A DNA stretch of 20,367 bases from Methanobacteriaceae archaeon (GTDB lineage: Archaea > Methanobacteriota > Methanobacteria > Methanobacteriales > Methanobacteriaceae). The stretch spans positions 1 through 20,367 of the forward strand of contig PWMT01000037.1 of assembly GCA_003558085.1 (NCBI GenBank). The letters are read 5' to 3'. Of this stretch, positions 19,937 to 20,367 are shown one piece after another. Position 1 is the stretch's first letter. Every line of letters starts with the position of its first letter. The notes below the pieces were generated by a model. It was not told the DNA's origin. It saw only the letters and a program-made list of their open reading frames with translations, and did no database searches. A program made the position numbers and the translations under genes.

Positions 19937-20367
<431 letters not shown>

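Overview
An AT-rich, gene-dense core-genome segment from a hydrogenotrophic methanogenic archaeon, most likely Methanobacteriaceae. That assignment rests on a stand-alone Cys-type hdrA, archaeal MAT, RadA, a multi-OB RPA, GGTGA/GGAGG ribosome-binding sites and TTTATA boxes. Gene order: polyprenol/dolichol-kinase-like membrane protein (partial) <- purL <- ileS <- mat | DUF192 -> <- HEAT-repeat protein <- dmrX-like flavo-Fe-S protein <- glyA <- hdrA <- AEC transporter <- radA <- rpa | leuC -> leuD -> leuB (partial) ->. From memory this matches the order in Methanothermobacter thermautotrophicus, so it looks like conserved backbone. I see no mobile element, CRISPR array, tRNA/rRNA, intein or defence system, and no new multi-gene system I can support. 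The most interesting signals are small-scale. (1) A perfect 11-bp inverted repeat could sequester the hdrA Shine-Dalgarno sequence and start codon. (2) A Cys-to-Phe change removes an apparent [4Fe-4S] ligand in HdrA. (3) A long interrupted hairpin followed by U6 lies in the predicted leader of the SAM synthetase gene. (4) Operator-like palindromes sit at the mat and rpa-radA promoters.
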